Position numbers and translations under genes: made by a program. From positions 35,836,001-35,900,000 of the forward strand of contig OZ024756.1 in the NCBI GenBank assembly GCA_964016885.1: a stretch of 64,000 bases of DNA, read 5' to 3'. The DNA is from Eledone cirrhosa. Lineage: Eukaryota. Below, piece after piece: positions 52,458 to 64,000 of the stretch (positions are counted from its first letter, which is position 1; each line of letters begins with the position of its first letter). A model generated the notes under the pieces. That model did no database searches. It saw only the letters and a program-made list of their open reading frames with translations, and was not told where the DNA came from.

Positions 52458-53157
52458 TAATAATAAAAAGGACGATATGTTGGGTCTTCATTACGTTTAT
52501 TGAGTAGTGACGCACGTTTCGCTATTGATCAGCTCAAGGTTCGATCTGGCCCGACTCTGGAATCAAAAGCGTGTCAAACTTCTGTTATGGTAATGAAATA
52601 CCTCTATACTTACTGGAAACTACGCATCGAGTGCTCACTCTGGTGAACCTACAGTAACTGGACGTTAGAATCCCTAAATATATATATATCATACATAGAG
52701 TTAGAAACTCAAAATAGTCTTTTACAATTAAATAGTTGAAAGAAGGGAATCTTTCCAAGCCGTGTAATACAATTGGATATATGAGAGGGATGAACACAAG
52801 TTTACATGTCCTTTGCAATTGGAACACATGTATTCTTATATCTGTGGTCATCTCACTCATATATTCAATTATAGAAATATATATATATATACATATAATA
52901 TAAACACACACATATATGCCTGCCTCTCCCTCTCTCTCTCTATATATATATACACACATACATACATGCATATAGATATATATCTGTCTGTCTGTCTTTG
53001 CTTAACATAAATTGTCAATGGTAGACATATTTGTAAATATATTCAGTAATAAAATATTGACTTTATTTCAATGTTTTCCATCTCGAGTTCTTTTTTATTG
53101 TTTTTTTTTTCTATTTTAATGTCTGTTTGTATGTTCTTTCTCCTTTCTCTACATCAA

Positions 53158-53485
53158 AATCAGAAAACAGCATAGCTCCCATGACTTTCGGAAACATTTT
53201 TTCACACTTAGAGTTATGGAAGCATGGAACAAACTAGCTGCATCAGTTGTTAGCTGTCAGAACACTGCATCCTTCAAAACTTCCATGCTTCCCAAAATTC
53301 GCCAACACTACACCTGATTATCCCCCTTCTATACACACACACTCATGTATCTATGTGTATATCATGACTCTTACACTGTTCACTTCCGTGACATTTATAC
53401 ATTATTCTATGTACAATACATGCACCTTTGATAAGTTGTGGTGCACCTGAGCACTGTATAGAATAATTTTCATTACTATTATATA
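53158..53485 (+). mobile_element. Second, shorter 3' fragment of the same LINE family
   Basis: Closely matches 19212-19540 (tttcggaaacattttttcacact...gcacctgagcactgta). Confidence 0.85.
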
Positions 53486-54200
53486 ACTATTGATTGCTTA
53501 GATAATTAAAACACACAGGCAGTATATTCTTGTTAGGAATATGGTAATAAAACAAAACAATTTACCATATACATCGACCTTTAACCCCAGATAGATTATG
53601 ATGTAAGATTTTCAGACAAATATAAACATTATAAACAGTTTTGTATCGTAGAACCAGGAATGGTTTTAACTGTTTGATTGTTGGTTACTAATGGAACTTT
53701 TTCTTTAAAACAAGTCACTACCTTAGTAGATATGATATATCACATACCTGAGTAGTTATGATATGTATGGATAAAATGTTATATCATATTGTTGGGTAGA
53801 TGTGATATATCACATCCCTGGATAGTTATGATATATCACAAGTCAAGGTAAAATATATGATGTCACATGTATAGATAATTATGATATATCACATGCTGAT
53901 CTGGTTATGTGACATGATCAACAATACTAGAAGTATAAAAACACACAGAACCAAAACAGAGTTAACCACTGGTTAATTAACCAAACATTTAATTAATAAT
54001 GATAAACAATAATATAGATATACATAAAAATATAAGCACAATTTGTAAAAGTTATTTTATTTTTAATGTCTTTAAAAAATGATGAGTATCAGTAGGAGTA
54101 CTGAGAGGGGTGGGGCGGGTGAATTGAGATCAGGAGTAGTGAGTTAATAGTTGGATGGAGAGGATGAAGAAGGGGTTAAAAAGACATGACAGTGATATCA

Positions 54201-54299
54201 TCATGTGTCAAATGAGAGCGGTGGGAATTCATCATTTAATAAAACCAACACCCGGCATGCTGGACATGTCTTCTGGATCTCCAACCATTTACGGATACA
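54201..54299 (-). CDS. TTC3/DZIP3-like RING-H2 E3 ligase, terminal exon
   Basis: ttccag|CIRKWLEIQKTCPACRVLVLLNDEFPPLSFDT*; second half of a RING-H2 plus the LL.DEFP.L tail I associate with TTC3/DZIP3 proteins. Confidence 0.88.
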   Translation of the reverse strand, partial: CIRKWLEIQKTCPACRVLVLLNDEFPPLSFDT

Positions 54300-55117
54300 C
54301 TGGAAGGTAAAAATGGAAAAGAAAAAAATATTAGTTGATAATTTTGGGGTTGTTTTTTTTAATGGGTGGGGGTTTAGTATTAATACAATATGGTGAAAGT
54401 AGGGTGTATATGAAAAGTCAGACAATATATATACAATCGTTATCATCATCATCATCACCGTTTTACGTCCATTTTCCACACTAGCATGGGTTCGACGAGT
54501 TATAATATGGGCAATGCTAGGTTAGGTGACCATGTCTTGCTCATACAGAACTGATTTTGGCTAGGTTTCCACAGCTGGATGCCCTTCCTAATGCCAGCCA
54601 CATTTACAGTGTGGACTGGGCACTTTTAGCCATGTCACCATCACAACCACTTTATGGTGAGTACTGGGCATTTTTTGCCGTGTCACCATCACAACCACTT
54701 TACTGTGGACTGGGTGCTTTTTGTTGTGACACCTACATAACCACTTTACAGTGAGTAGTGGGTGCTTTTTCTCATGACGCCTACACAACCACTTTACAGT
54801 GTAGACTGGGCACTTTTTTGCCGTGTCACCATCATGACCACTTAACAGTGAGGGCTGAGTGCTTGGACAAATTCTATTTGTCTAGTTCATTAAATAAATA
54901 TTTAATTCTTCCTAGTTAGAGATTCGCCTATTATCGTAAGTTGAATGTTAAGTATTTTCTTATATTAATTTGATTTCTATGTATTATATACTTCTGATCG
55001 TTTTTTATATACTTGTTTGCGATCTACTGATGCAATTTTCAAGTTGTTTGAATTTAATCGCCAAATGAGTAATTAGTTCTATCGATTAAGATTTAGTGAG
55101 AAAAGATGAATACTTAC

Positions 55118-55348
55118 CATGTCGTGATAGATATGCCCACATTGTAGCTTGTTTATTTTATTGTCCTGTAGATTCTCATGGCAGATTGAACATAAAGATC
55201 CTTCATCTGACGAAACATCTTTGCCACTTCGACCTGTTGACACTGATGGCACACGTGCAGTTTTCTTGGAACTACTCGAGATACTAAATTCCGTTTTTTT
55301 TTTACTTTGAGCACTTTTGGCAGCTACCATGCAATATGTGGATGGTTT
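55118..55348 (-). CDS. TTC3/DZIP3-like RING E3, coding exon 4
   Basis: ctatag|KPSTYCMVAAK...CSICHENLQDNKINKLQCGHIYHDM|gtaagt; first half of the RING-H2 (CxxC...CxHxxH); phase 0-0. Confidence 0.88.
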
Positions 55349-55649
55349 CTATAGGAACAGTGAAAGAGAAAATAAAAATTTGTAGTTTACATCAAGAGTC
55401 ACCCAAAGTAGTTGATATCGACACCCAGAAGTCAATTGAACTACAGAGAGGTTTAACTGAATTTTGGGGCCCAAACATAACATTTGTAAAAGAAATGAAA
55501 ATACATGAACTAATCCAATACAATTCAGCTTGCTTATACAGATTTTTCATTTATAACCTGTCTTTATTGTGTAGTTATTGTTCTGATTTATGATAATGCC
55601 AGAGGTCGATGAGGTGTCAAGTATTCCATGAAGGGGTTGATTGCTTTAA

Positions 55650-55856
55650 CCCATTAGCATTTAAACCAGCCATATCTGGCCAGAATTCTCTCATCTCTTT
55701 CTGTTCAAACCGGCTGTAACTGGACACTTGTACTGATATTAAGATATTGTTCTCAAAATAAATAATATCAAATCTTATAGATTCCATATTATGTGAGATA
55801 AAGCCTTTACCGTGAAAATATAATAGTAAATATAGAGTAATGTAAATGTTAAAGGG
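55650..55856. mobile_element. piggyBac-type MITE copy
   Basis: TTAA-CCCATTAGCATTTA ... TAAATGTTAAAGGG-TTAA; interior matches the 6985 copy. Confidence 0.78.
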
Positions 55857-56059
55857 TTAAAATAGTTTGAGTATTCCTTGTTTATATGAAATATTGTGAA
55901 ATATATGGTTATTGTTGTTTTAGAAAACCTAGCACAATGCAAGTTAGAAATACAGGAGTGAAAATAAAACTACAGTTTACACTTTTACCTTATATTTCAC
56001 ATTTTGTTGGGATTAAGAGCCCTTTCTCAAAAGAAAAAGATAATATTTTCATTATTTAC

Positions 56060-56397
56060 CATAGAAACACAGTTTGAAGACCCTGGCCGGCACTGAACAT
56101 TTGATTCTGGCTTTTCTTCGCTCATCACAATCTGACAGAGGCTGTTTGTGTTGGGGCATAATGCCTCCTTGTTTTTTGCACGTTTCCGACCTTTCTTTTG
56201 AGATCTGTTGCGATGATTTGAACCGGGTTCTTCTGTTATCAAGTCATCAATGCAAATATCTTGTGTAGCACTTTCAGTAACCGAAACACCAGATTTTCTG
56301 GGACAATTCTGAGTATTCTTTTGATTCTTGTCTGGGGTGAGGACATCTCCAAAAACAGTATGGACAATATTTTGTAGTGACAGAGAATCACAGCTGG
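56060..56397 (-). CDS. TTC3/DZIP3-like RING E3, coding exon 3 (low-complexity linker with basic patch)
   Basis: tttcag|(A)SCDSLSLQ...RNRSQKKGRKRAKNK...SNCVSM|gtaaat; open frame, phase 1-0 fits neighbours. Confidence 0.75.
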
Positions 56398-57783
56398 CTG
56401 AAATAATAATTGGAAAGGAAATATTAGAGAGACTTACTACATTTATGTATAAAATCATTAGTTGAAAATTAAAGTGACTTCTGTCCAAAGAAAAGGAACA
56501 AACAAGATTTTTATTGTGAACACGTAATGAATACGCAGGAATAAACTCACCTAATTTTAAAACAATCCCCTGCTACAAATGCTCGGATTCAATTACAGAA
56601 CAAAGAATAGTAATTTATTAACTAGATGAGGGTGATGTCTTCTCCCTCTTTCCTAAAGGATTTTTTCAAAGCTTTCAAATTTTAGTAGAATTTCTAGAAA
56701 CTTCTTTCTCAACTGTAACCCCTACCCATCCACACACACACACCACATGACTCCTTACAATCGCCTGTATTTTTATTTTTGTCACCTGACCAATCTTGCC
56801 TCAAGTGGAACAAACCCATCCAACCCAAGCTAGCGTGGAAGATGGACGTTAAACGATGATAATAATTGTAACTGCACAAAGTCTAGAAATAATCAATTAA
56901 GCCATACACAATACATCACAGGGTCCCTTACTGTTATATGTATTTTTATTTGAATAAAACAAACTCTAGAATGAATTTTCTATTGACTTAATTAAATCTC
57001 GACCTTTTGAACTCACCTTCCATTTCCACCACCCAAACTATACAAAGAGGTACTTCAGATAGGAAATAGCCATATGTTCAATAACTCATAAAATATGAGG
57101 ACTCGATTTGTCAAAGTAAATTAATTATTATTATTATTTTTTTAAATGGTGATAACCACTCAAAACTGGTAAAAAAAATATTTGATAAAACTTAAATTTA
57201 TTTGATGTACCAACTATAGAAATATTTGTTTTGTTGGATTAAAGTAAAAGAGATTCTTTAGTTGATCACATCGACCCTAATACTTATTTTATCATTCTTC
57301 TTTTGTTAGACTGTTATTGCAATATCACAAGACAGGCACAATTTCACAGCTCTAGCATCACTCCTTCATAGTCAGCCAATGAATTTTCCAGCCCACCCTT
57401 GTATGATGAATGTTATTAGTTTAACATTTAAATGACGAAGGGAATATGTCTGATTTTATTATTGTTTAATGAAAGAAGAGAGGGAAACAGTCTCAAACAA
57501 GAGAACTGGCCAGAATGTTTGAGAGAATGAAAGTAAGAATTATTGTGAAAGTATATATGTATGAGCGAGAATTATTGTGTGTGTGTGTGTGTATGAGAGA
57601 GTGAAAGAAGGAGAGATTTATTGTGAAAGTGTGTATGTATGAGAGAGAGTAAAAGAAAAAGAATTGTGAATGTGTGAGAGAAAGAGAGAGACAAGTTTAG
57701 AGAGATGGAAAGAACTATACAAGAAAGAGAGAAAGAACTGAAAGCAATAGAGATAAGAGGAAGGAGGAAATATTAAGCTGTAC

Positions 57784-58064
57784 CTGTTTGCACCTGGTTG
57801 GATGTATGAGGGTGTGTTTGGAAGTGTTGTTGATCAGAGGTGGTAGTGAAGGTGTGGCAGCAGTCTTCGGAAATATCTTTCTTCAAGGAGAGAATGTCAG
57901 GTTTAGTGAAAGAGATATTGTTGGACTGTAGCAGAAAGTTGGATAAACCTCCAGAAATCTGGATAATATTCTGTTGGTCAGTTGTTATGGAGGTCCACAC
58001 TTGTTGAAATTCACTGCTGTTTACTGATAATGGACCATACTCATGTAATATACTGCAGAACAAC
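57784..58064 (-). CDS. TTC3/DZIP3-like RING E3, coding exon 2 (winged-helix-like segment)
   Basis: ttaacag|LFCSILHEYGPLSV...IIQISGGLSNFLLQS...|gtacag; IL..YGPL...GGL..FL..S pattern recalled from TTC3/DZIP3; phase 2-1. Confidence 0.78.
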
Positions 58065-59183
58065 CTGTTAAAATGGGAGAGTAGAGGAGCAAATGGTAAG
58101 GAGAGAGATATCTGTATTGGTGGGTGAGAATAGAGCTCTGTAATGATGAGGTGCGAGATGGCAGGGAAAGGGTGGTGAGACCCTTCCCCACCCGGTATTG
58201 GTGAGGGATGGTGACAAAGGGGATCTGTAGTGGTTGGGAAGGGTAGTGAAGATGAGGCTCTGTAGTGATGAGAGGGAGTGTAGTGGTAGGGAGAGGATGG
58301 TGAAAGGTGAGTCTGCAGAGGGGACAATGTAGTGGTGGGGAAGGTGCTATGTAGGGATGGTGAAGAGGGGACTTGTAGTGGTAGGGAAGGGGTGGTGAGA
58401 GGTGAGTCTCCAGAGGGGACAATGTCGTGGTGGGGAAGGTGCTATGTAGGGATGGTGAAGAGGGGGCTTGTAGTGGTAGGAAAGGGGTGGTGAGAGGTGG
58501 CTCTGTAGTGATGGGGGTGGGGGGACAAGGGTGAAGGGATTTGCAGTGGTAGAAATGAGGAATAGCAAAGAAATAACGAAGTTAATGAACAGAAGAGATA
58601 TTTACTGGGAATCATCATCGTTTTACATCTATTTTCCATGCTGGCATGGGTTGAAAGAAAATTCTCGAGGCAGTATTTTATGGTTAGATGCCCTTCCTGG
58701 CAACTACTCATACTTGCTTTTCAAGAAAGATACAATATTTCACAGCTCTTCACATGTTGGAACTTTGAGCTGCAGGATACAAACAAACATATCTGGCTAA
58801 CCAAATGGTATGAATGGAAAGACATGCAGAGACGTACACACACACACACACACAACCAAATTTACTCACAAGGCATTGGTTGGTTTGAGGCCAAGGAGCC
58901 ATTCTATGGAACTGAACTTGGAACTACATGGTTCCTAAATCTTAACCACACAGCCATGTCGCAAGGAAAACTCTCCACATCAAAGCTGGGAAATCAATAT
59001 TAACCTTGTAACTGGCCACTCCTCATACCAATGTTAAGGTATCCTCCTCAAAATAAATAATATCAACATTTCATAGATTCCATATTATGTGAGATAAAGT
59101 GTTTACCAGGAAAATATAATAGTAAATGAAAATGGTAAAGGGTTAAGAGAGAGAAAATGTTATCAGGGGAAGTATAAACTCAC

Positions 59184-59254
59184 AAAATTAAATTCTCTTT
59201 AATCTGTTTGGAACGTAGTCCTTGAGGAGGTTTTGGTAGCTGATGGCCTTCCAT
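59184..59254 (-). CDS. TTC3/DZIP3-like RING E3, putative first coding exon (exon itself probably 59311-59184)
   Basis: MEGHQLPKPPQGLRSKQIKENLI+tt|gtgagt gives the phase 2 needed by the next exon; acceptor ttttag at 59313-59312; the ATG is directly preceded by an in-frame TAG. Confidence 0.55.
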
Positions 59255-61995
59255 CTAATACATTGATGGAGGGACTGTTGGCACCAGATTGGAGGAAATC
59301 TTCAAATTTCTCTAAAACACAACAAAAAGAAAAAAATGATTTAATTCCAAGAGTTGAGAATATAGTGTAAAACAGTAGTTCCCAAACTGGCTGATATCAA
59401 CATCCAGGAGCTGATGGGACTACCAAAGGGGTTGACTGAACCTTTTGGCCAAAATCTGACATTTATAAGAAATTAAAATATATAAAAATAAAACAATGAA
59501 ATATAACTTGCTTACACAGGTTTCTGATTTATATATAATTAGTTCTTATTGTCTATTACATATCCCTGCATGTCATAAGAAGTGACTAAACGGTTTAACA
59601 CTAAGGACATCTGGCTGTAAAATATTGCCTTAAAAAAGACCCCATGTCATGTGACTTAAGGGTACAACAGAATATAAAATAGACAATGCTTGTGTTGTGT
59701 TGTCTATTTTATATTCTGTTGTACCCTTAAGTCACAGGGTGTTACAGGTGGGTCTTACTACACTCTCATCCAGGTGACATAACTACAAGACACCTTATCA
59801 GTGTTGTATCCTGGAGCACCTGGGGGGGGGGGTTCAAGTGGGTCTTACAACACACACCCTCATCTAGGTGACCTGACCAAGGTTGACCAAGCCTCGGCTT
59901 ATGTCCAAGTGGCATACATACTACTGATTCCACTGGTCACACTTCTCTTCAAATGCTATGGTAAAAAAAGGGGGATATTTAAGAAAACTCCTTCTTCCCA
60001 AACAATACTCACCTCTATATAAAATATACTTTTACTTTAACTTCAATAGATTTAATTTCCGTCTTTTCTTCTCTTCTTCTCAATTTAATGTGTCACTATT
60101 AAAGAAGACATTGAAGTTTGGTGTATACTCAAAATAAGTACATTTCGTTACACAAAATATACATATATACACAGAATAAACTCATTTCCTACTTTCCACA
60201 AAAACAGAAAGTAAATATTGTTACATCTGGGGATGGTCATGTGGTCCTAATATTGCTAAAAATTGTAAAACACACCCACTGATTGGTTTGGTTTTCGAGC
60301 CAGTATATATTTTATATTTTTATAAATTTAGTTGGCAATTAATGTTTATCATTGATTGAGCAAGAGTAATAAATATAATGATCCTCCCCAAATATAACAA
60401 TATCTGTTTCAATACACGATTTCATATTTTAAAAAATTGCCGACCGAGAAAGTAAATCATTTTCGTTGGTTTCAGTTTCATATAAATGGAACCTTAAAAT
60501 AGGATTGTACCGTACAGTATGTGTTGATAATTTACAGATGTGTCAATAGACGATCCATGTTGTTTTTATTTCCTTTACAAGAATAATAGAATACATCTTT
60601 GAAGGCGTTTGTTAAGGCAGACTGTTTATACGAAACGTGACTAAAGATATAATACTTACATAACCAGGCGTAGGTTAAAACGAAGTTATGGAGGTGTCCC
60701 AGAAAGTTTAGTAAACAAATCTCACAGATGTTTAATCAGCAGCGAAACAAACTATACAGAACTTGTAGAATAACAGAAGGGATTGTTAACCCCGTAAAAA
60801 AGCCACTTTTCCATGTTGAGTAGTCTGGTTTGGAAGAGAAAAGTTGAGGTAGAAAATATGAAAAATTTACTGCAAGGTTCTACACGAGCCATTACTGTTG
60901 TCTTCTTGACTTTGCTTACGTGGAATGCGGAAACTACCGAATGATCACGACATATAATATATTAAATAAATAAACAATCAAGTATTATTAAATTGAATAG
61001 AAATTAATTAATTAACTAATTAAGAATAATCAATAAAGAAATCAAATAAATTAATAAGTTTACAGAAACAAACAATTAAATAAATTGATATTCACAGGAA
61101 TAGTTTCGTATATCTTATGTAACTCTTATATAACAATAGTTATTGTATATAACAATCGTTGTTTTTTTTGTTTCGTTTAAAGTAAATAAAAATATTTATA
61201 TTAGTTTACTGAAAAGAATAAATTTAAATCAATTCGAATAAAAATATTATGTTTACAACAACAACAAAAAAATTCAAATATTTGTCGTCTGCTCAGTTGT
61301 TTTTTTTTGCCAATGTATATTTGTATTTGTGAATATATTCTTTTTTTTATATACTGTTATATACATTTTATTATCATATAACAAACAAGTAAGATTAAAT
61401 AGAAGTACATACATATAATCAATTAATTATTGCTATGAACCTAATAAATATAATACACAAAAATATATATTCAAAGCGAGAAAAAAACAAAAACATCAAT
61501 TCAACACTAAATGATTCAACCACAAGGACCATAAATGTGATATATTTTTATATATTTCGAAAACAGTAAAAAAATAAGTTACAACAAATATTAGATTACT
61601 ATATTATTAATAATTAACTGATATGATTGACATATGTCTTTGTACATATTCTAGAGTCACAAATAATTCCCCCATCGCGCTTATTAATTTTTCAGATCCC
61701 CCTCCCCCGCTTATTAAATTTTGTTACTCTATCCCCGGCGAAATTTTATTTTCAGTAGTCGCATCCCTGCGACAATTACTTTTTAATAGACATTAAAAAG
61801 CATGATATATGACAAAAAAGTACATTACAAAAAATCCCATACGTTATAAAATAAATAGGATGGGCTGCAGTCTCAATATGTAAATTAACGACTAATTCTG
61901 GTTTTTAAAAAATCAACGGAGAAAACTTAGAAAAATTACAATTTTTTTATTTAAGAGACACAAAGTTAAGGAAGAAAACAAAAATTAGGAAAATG

Positions 61996-62005
61996 AAAAA
62001 AAAAA
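61996..62005 (-). terminator. Pol III oligo(T) terminator of the tRNA-Thr gene
   Basis: Run of about 10 T on the minus strand ~10 nt downstream of the tRNA 3' end. Confidence 0.75.
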
Positions 62006-62015
62006 CATTCCCCGA

Positions 62016-62088
62016 AGCCCCCAGTGAGGATCGAACTCACGACCCCTGGTTTACAAGACCAGTGCTCTAACCACTGAGCTATGGAGGC
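62016..62088 (-). tRNA. tRNA-Thr (anticodon UGU)
   Basis: GCCTCCATAGCTCAGTGGTTAGAGCACTGGTCTTGTAAACCAGGGGTCGTGAGTTCGATCCTCACTGGGGGCT, 73 nt; full cloverleaf, anticodon arm CTGGT-CT-TGT-AA-ACCAG, intact A and B boxes. Confidence 0.96.
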
Positions 62089-64000
62089 AACCGTGCCGCC
62101 AGTACCAAAATTTTAATACATAATTGTATATTTAAGAACTGTAAATTGTGTATCTATTATTTGAATTGTGATAATAGAACAAAAATAATTCATATAAATA
62201 AATATGAATTTAGATGGGAGTATTAGGAAATTATTTTTTTTCTACGAGAAGAAATATGACTTATAATTATCACATTGTTCCATATTGTTAATTGGTATAC
62301 AGAGATCTAAGAGGAAGAGTTTCTTACATGAGCGGATGAGAAACAAGGGGAGATAATTCTTTGTAAAGCTGCCTTCATTAACAAATCTGATGTAGTGGAG
62401 AGCAATAATACAGCAGGTTGCACTTTTAATTCGTGCTGTTATACTGACTTAACTAACACGCATCTTTCATTTATTTTTGTTTAAATTCAAAATTTCTGTT
62501 TATATATTTAAAAGCTGTAGTAAAGCACATAAATAGAAGCATCCATATAAAAAAAACGGCTGCTATAATAAAAGTGTATTAAGACTGAGTGGTGCAACAT
62601 CGATAGACATTGATAGAGAGCCTCGTTGTGGAGACGACTGTGGTGACGACGACGACGGCGAAAGCTGCAAATAAGGTGATGACATTATTTTCTCTTTCTT
62701 TATCGTTTATTTCATTCTTTAAACTAAATATAAAATGGATAAAAGTCTTCCATCCTCTCATTCCTCTTTTTACTGCATATTTTTACTTTTTTTGTGTGAG
62801 TGTATGTTTATATAAACTGCCAACGTATTTCTGTAAATGCTACTATGTTGCGATTTTGTTGTCTCGCACCAAAACATTGCTTCTTTCATCCGTCATTCAT
62901 TTCTCTCTTTCTTCATAGACCTGTGTCTTTTCTCTATAGACTAGTCTATATTTCTTTATAGACCAGAGTCTGGTCTCTATAGATTAGTCTGTTTCTCCAT
63001 AGACCAGTGTCTGGTTTCAATAGACTAGTCTATATTTCTCCTTAGTCCAGTGTGTCTCACCACAGACCAATATCTCTACGGACAAGTGTGTTTCTTTAGA
63101 CTAGTCTTTCTCTATAGACAAGAGTGTCTCTATAAACCACCGTCTCTCTCTCACCATAGACCAAGGATGTCTTTATAAGCCACCGTCTCTCTCACCATAG
63201 ACCAACGTGTGTATTACCATAAAGCCGTTCCCTACCATTACTCTTGTGATTGATCAGAGACACTGGAGGACCCTTTAATTCTATCGATGACTTAAGTAAA
63301 GTAGTCTGTGTTACGAAGAGCATCCAGCTGTATAAACTATGTCGAAAATTGGAATTCACAAGCAAAGATGTGATCCTCCTAACTATTTAGATGCGGGCAC
63401 ATGGCCTAGTGGTTAGGGTGTTGGACTCAGGATCATAAAGTTGTGGGTTTGATTCCTAGACTGAGTAGTGCGTTGTAATCTTGAACAAGAAGCTTCATTT
63501 CATGTTGCCTTTCATTATAAGTGTAGGACCCTATCATTAAAACACTCAAGAAACCTATCACATGTAACTTTGTAGAGGGTCAACTAAACCTGCATAGGTC
63601 GTCATCATCATCATCATTTAACATCCATTTTCCCTGCTAGCAAGGGTTGGACATAGGTGTGAGCTATAAATTCTATTTTTCATTTCTGGAAGGGGTGTTT
63701 GAGGACTCCACCTCCACGACCCTTTCAGGAATAAATGGTGAAGAAGAAGAGATTTCTTGGAGCACATAAACACTATAACTATCAACCCTTACTTCAGCCT
63801 TGTTTTGATCAAACCTATCGTCACCACACCAATGTTGACTCAGTTCCTTTCAATTTTTATATAGCTAATAAAGTAATAACATAAAGTAGCAGTCAAGTAC
63901 TAAGGTTGATTGAATTGACATGCAACTTTCCTGAAAATTGCTGGCCTCCTGCCTAAATCCAAAACCAGTGTAAATATTTTATGTATATATAACTATATAT

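Noticed and set aside
60660-60900. Short minus-strand ORF (MARVEPCSKFF...) upstream of the RING gene
   Set aside because: It stops well before the donor at ~60659 and has no recognisable homology; more likely 5' UTR or a uORF.

Overview
AT-rich, microsatellite-dense animal genomic DNA. The SINE families and repeat landscape suggest an octopod cephalopod, which is an inference. Three protein-coding genes are supported: (1) an intronless TPM-domain, MOLO-1-like surface protein (1433-2176, +); (2) an 8-coding-exon equilibrative nucleoside transporter most like ENT4/SLC29A4 (31989-42003, +, ~556 aa, all splice phases consistent); (3) a short 5-coding-exon TTC3/DZIP3-like RING-H2 E3 ligase (59254-54201, -, ~339 aa). 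There is one intact tRNA-Thr(UGU) gene. The rest is tRNA-derived SINEs, CR1/L2-type LINE 3' fragments, hAT and piggyBac-type MITEs with visible target-site duplications, a Helitron-like element and many minisatellites. The most striking signal is a set of small non-coding elements sitting in (TA)n tracts that carry minimal type-I hammerhead ribozymes. Several are built as long near-perfect palindromes (arms 100-190 bp), so each strand encodes a ribozyme preceded by its own antisense copy. At least four sequence families are present, resembling Penelope-like pseudo-LTR/retrozyme remnants. Almost all other ORFs in the supplied track are microsatellite artefacts. All structures were read by eye; nothing was folded or searched computationally.
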